DNA of 64,000 nucleotides from Bacteroidales bacterium 52_46 (GTDB lineage Bacteria > Bacteroidota > Bacteroidia > Bacteroidales > Muribaculaceae), in NCBI GenBank assembly GCA_001915385.1, contig MNQK01000031.1, positions 133,166 to 197,165 of the forward strand. Reading direction: 5' to 3'. This document shows, one piece after another, positions 63,161 through 64,000 of the stretch (positions are counted from its first letter, which is position 1; each line of letters begins with the position of its first letter). The position numbers were made by a program, and so were the translations under genes. The notes under the pieces are model-generated. The model saw only the letters and a list, made by a program, of their open reading frames with translations, ran no database searches and was not told the DNA's origin.

Positions 63161-63305
63161 TATCAACTCAGCGTAAGTTAATAGCGATAAATCGCGTCTC
63201 TACAAGTTGTTACGAAGCGCCGAGCCATCCTATGGCCTGATACTTGAAGGCTACCTCGAACAATCGGCCTCCTGTAAGTGTTTTATGATAAAAATACTGA
63301 AAAAA

Positions 63306-63917
63306 ATGAAAAATAAACATATTATTTTCCCGGCTATAGTATTTGCCGTCATCGCTCTGGTATCATGCCAGAATAAAGAGGGACTTGCCAAGAAAGTAAA
63401 CGGCACATGGCAGTCGGTGCCCGAACATATCATCAATACCGACAGCATAAGCGTCAGTCTGATAAAGTCATACGAGTTCGCACCCATGCAGGATGCAGAG
63501 GGCACACTCATTATCAGCGCGATGCTTTCGATTGAGAAATATATGCCCGAAAGCGACTCCATAATCGCTCCTCTCACGATCAATGCAGCAGCCGTAGCTT
63601 CGGTGACAGGAACTTACGAGGCCGTATCATACGACAAAATCATACTCCACCCCGATGCCTCGACTTTTTCGCTTTCAGTCGATTCGGCCGCCGTAAGCTA
63701 TAACTACAATGTGCTCGACAACAATGCGGCTCCCGACCTGGTAAACCTAAAGCCACAATGGGCCGCAGAATTTAAAAGAGACCTCTCAAAGGCCGTCAAA
63801 GAAAATTTCATGCGCTGCGACACGCTTACCAAAGTCAAAGTGAGCGATACGCTGATGCATTGCCACGACGGCAAAGAGGATCTTACCATGCGTTTGCAGA
63901 TTAACCGTCCGAAATAG
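63306..63917 (+). CDS. Hypothetical lipoprotein
   Basis: Internal start MKNKHIIFPAIVFAVIALVSCQNK (lipobox). Confidence 0.55.
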   Translation: MKNKHIIFPAIVFAVIALVSCQNKEGLAKKVNGTWQSVPEHIINTDSISVSLIKSYEFAPMQDAEGTLIISAMLSIEKYMPESDSIIAPLTINAAAVASVTGTYEAVSYDKIILHPDASTFSLSVDSAAVSYNYNVLDNNAAPDLVNLKPQWAAEFKRDLSKAVKENFMRCDTLTKVKVSDTLMHCHDGKEDLTMRLQINRPK

Positions 63918-64000
63918 GCCGACTTTTAGATAGCGTTTTAGATAGCGAACTTAGCAGTCAAAAACGCTATGTTCAATCTGAATGAAAACAACCGGATAGT

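Overview
This 64-kb window looks like a Bacteroidales chromosome segment (likely Bacteroides/Muribaculaceae-like). The evidence is roughly 55% GC content, the abundant lipoprotein signal peptides ending in 'CSDDD', and the TAnnTTTG -7 promoter motifs upstream of several genes. It mixes housekeeping genes with accessory regions. The housekeeping genes include rarA, guaB, the thrS-infC-rpmI-rplT cluster, nadC, rlmH, mutS2, cls, class I fumarase, ligA and a tmRNA. The most striking accessory region is a tightly packed seven-gene operon of lipoproteins on the minus strand (positions 1-10721). It carries three tandem MACPF-domain paralogs with N-terminal BACON-like domains, an unknown lipoprotein, a BMP-family lipoprotein and a legumain-like C13 peptidase fused to a periplasmic-binding-protein-like domain. 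A membrane-anchored TPR/AraC regulator is transcribed divergently from this operon. A second notable cluster (39227-42653) holds an SPFH/band-7 protein and three proteins that all carry a DUF4339 (GYF-like) domain, one of them with a TerB-like segment and a zinc ribbon. The window is unusually rich in intergenic repeat families: a large (~330 bp) palindromic element in 2.5 copies, GC-rich REP-like palindromes in 5 copies, a third recurrent module, and a MITE with 15-bp inverted repeats and a 9-bp target-site duplication inserted into one repeat copy. It also contains a (CAAA)9(CAAT)n tetranucleotide repeat upstream of an NlpC/P60 gene, a low-GC islet carrying an in-frame TGA-interrupted gene, and an ArsR-thioredoxin-CcdA-ArsP-like cluster. 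No CRISPR array, rRNA or canonical tRNA was seen.
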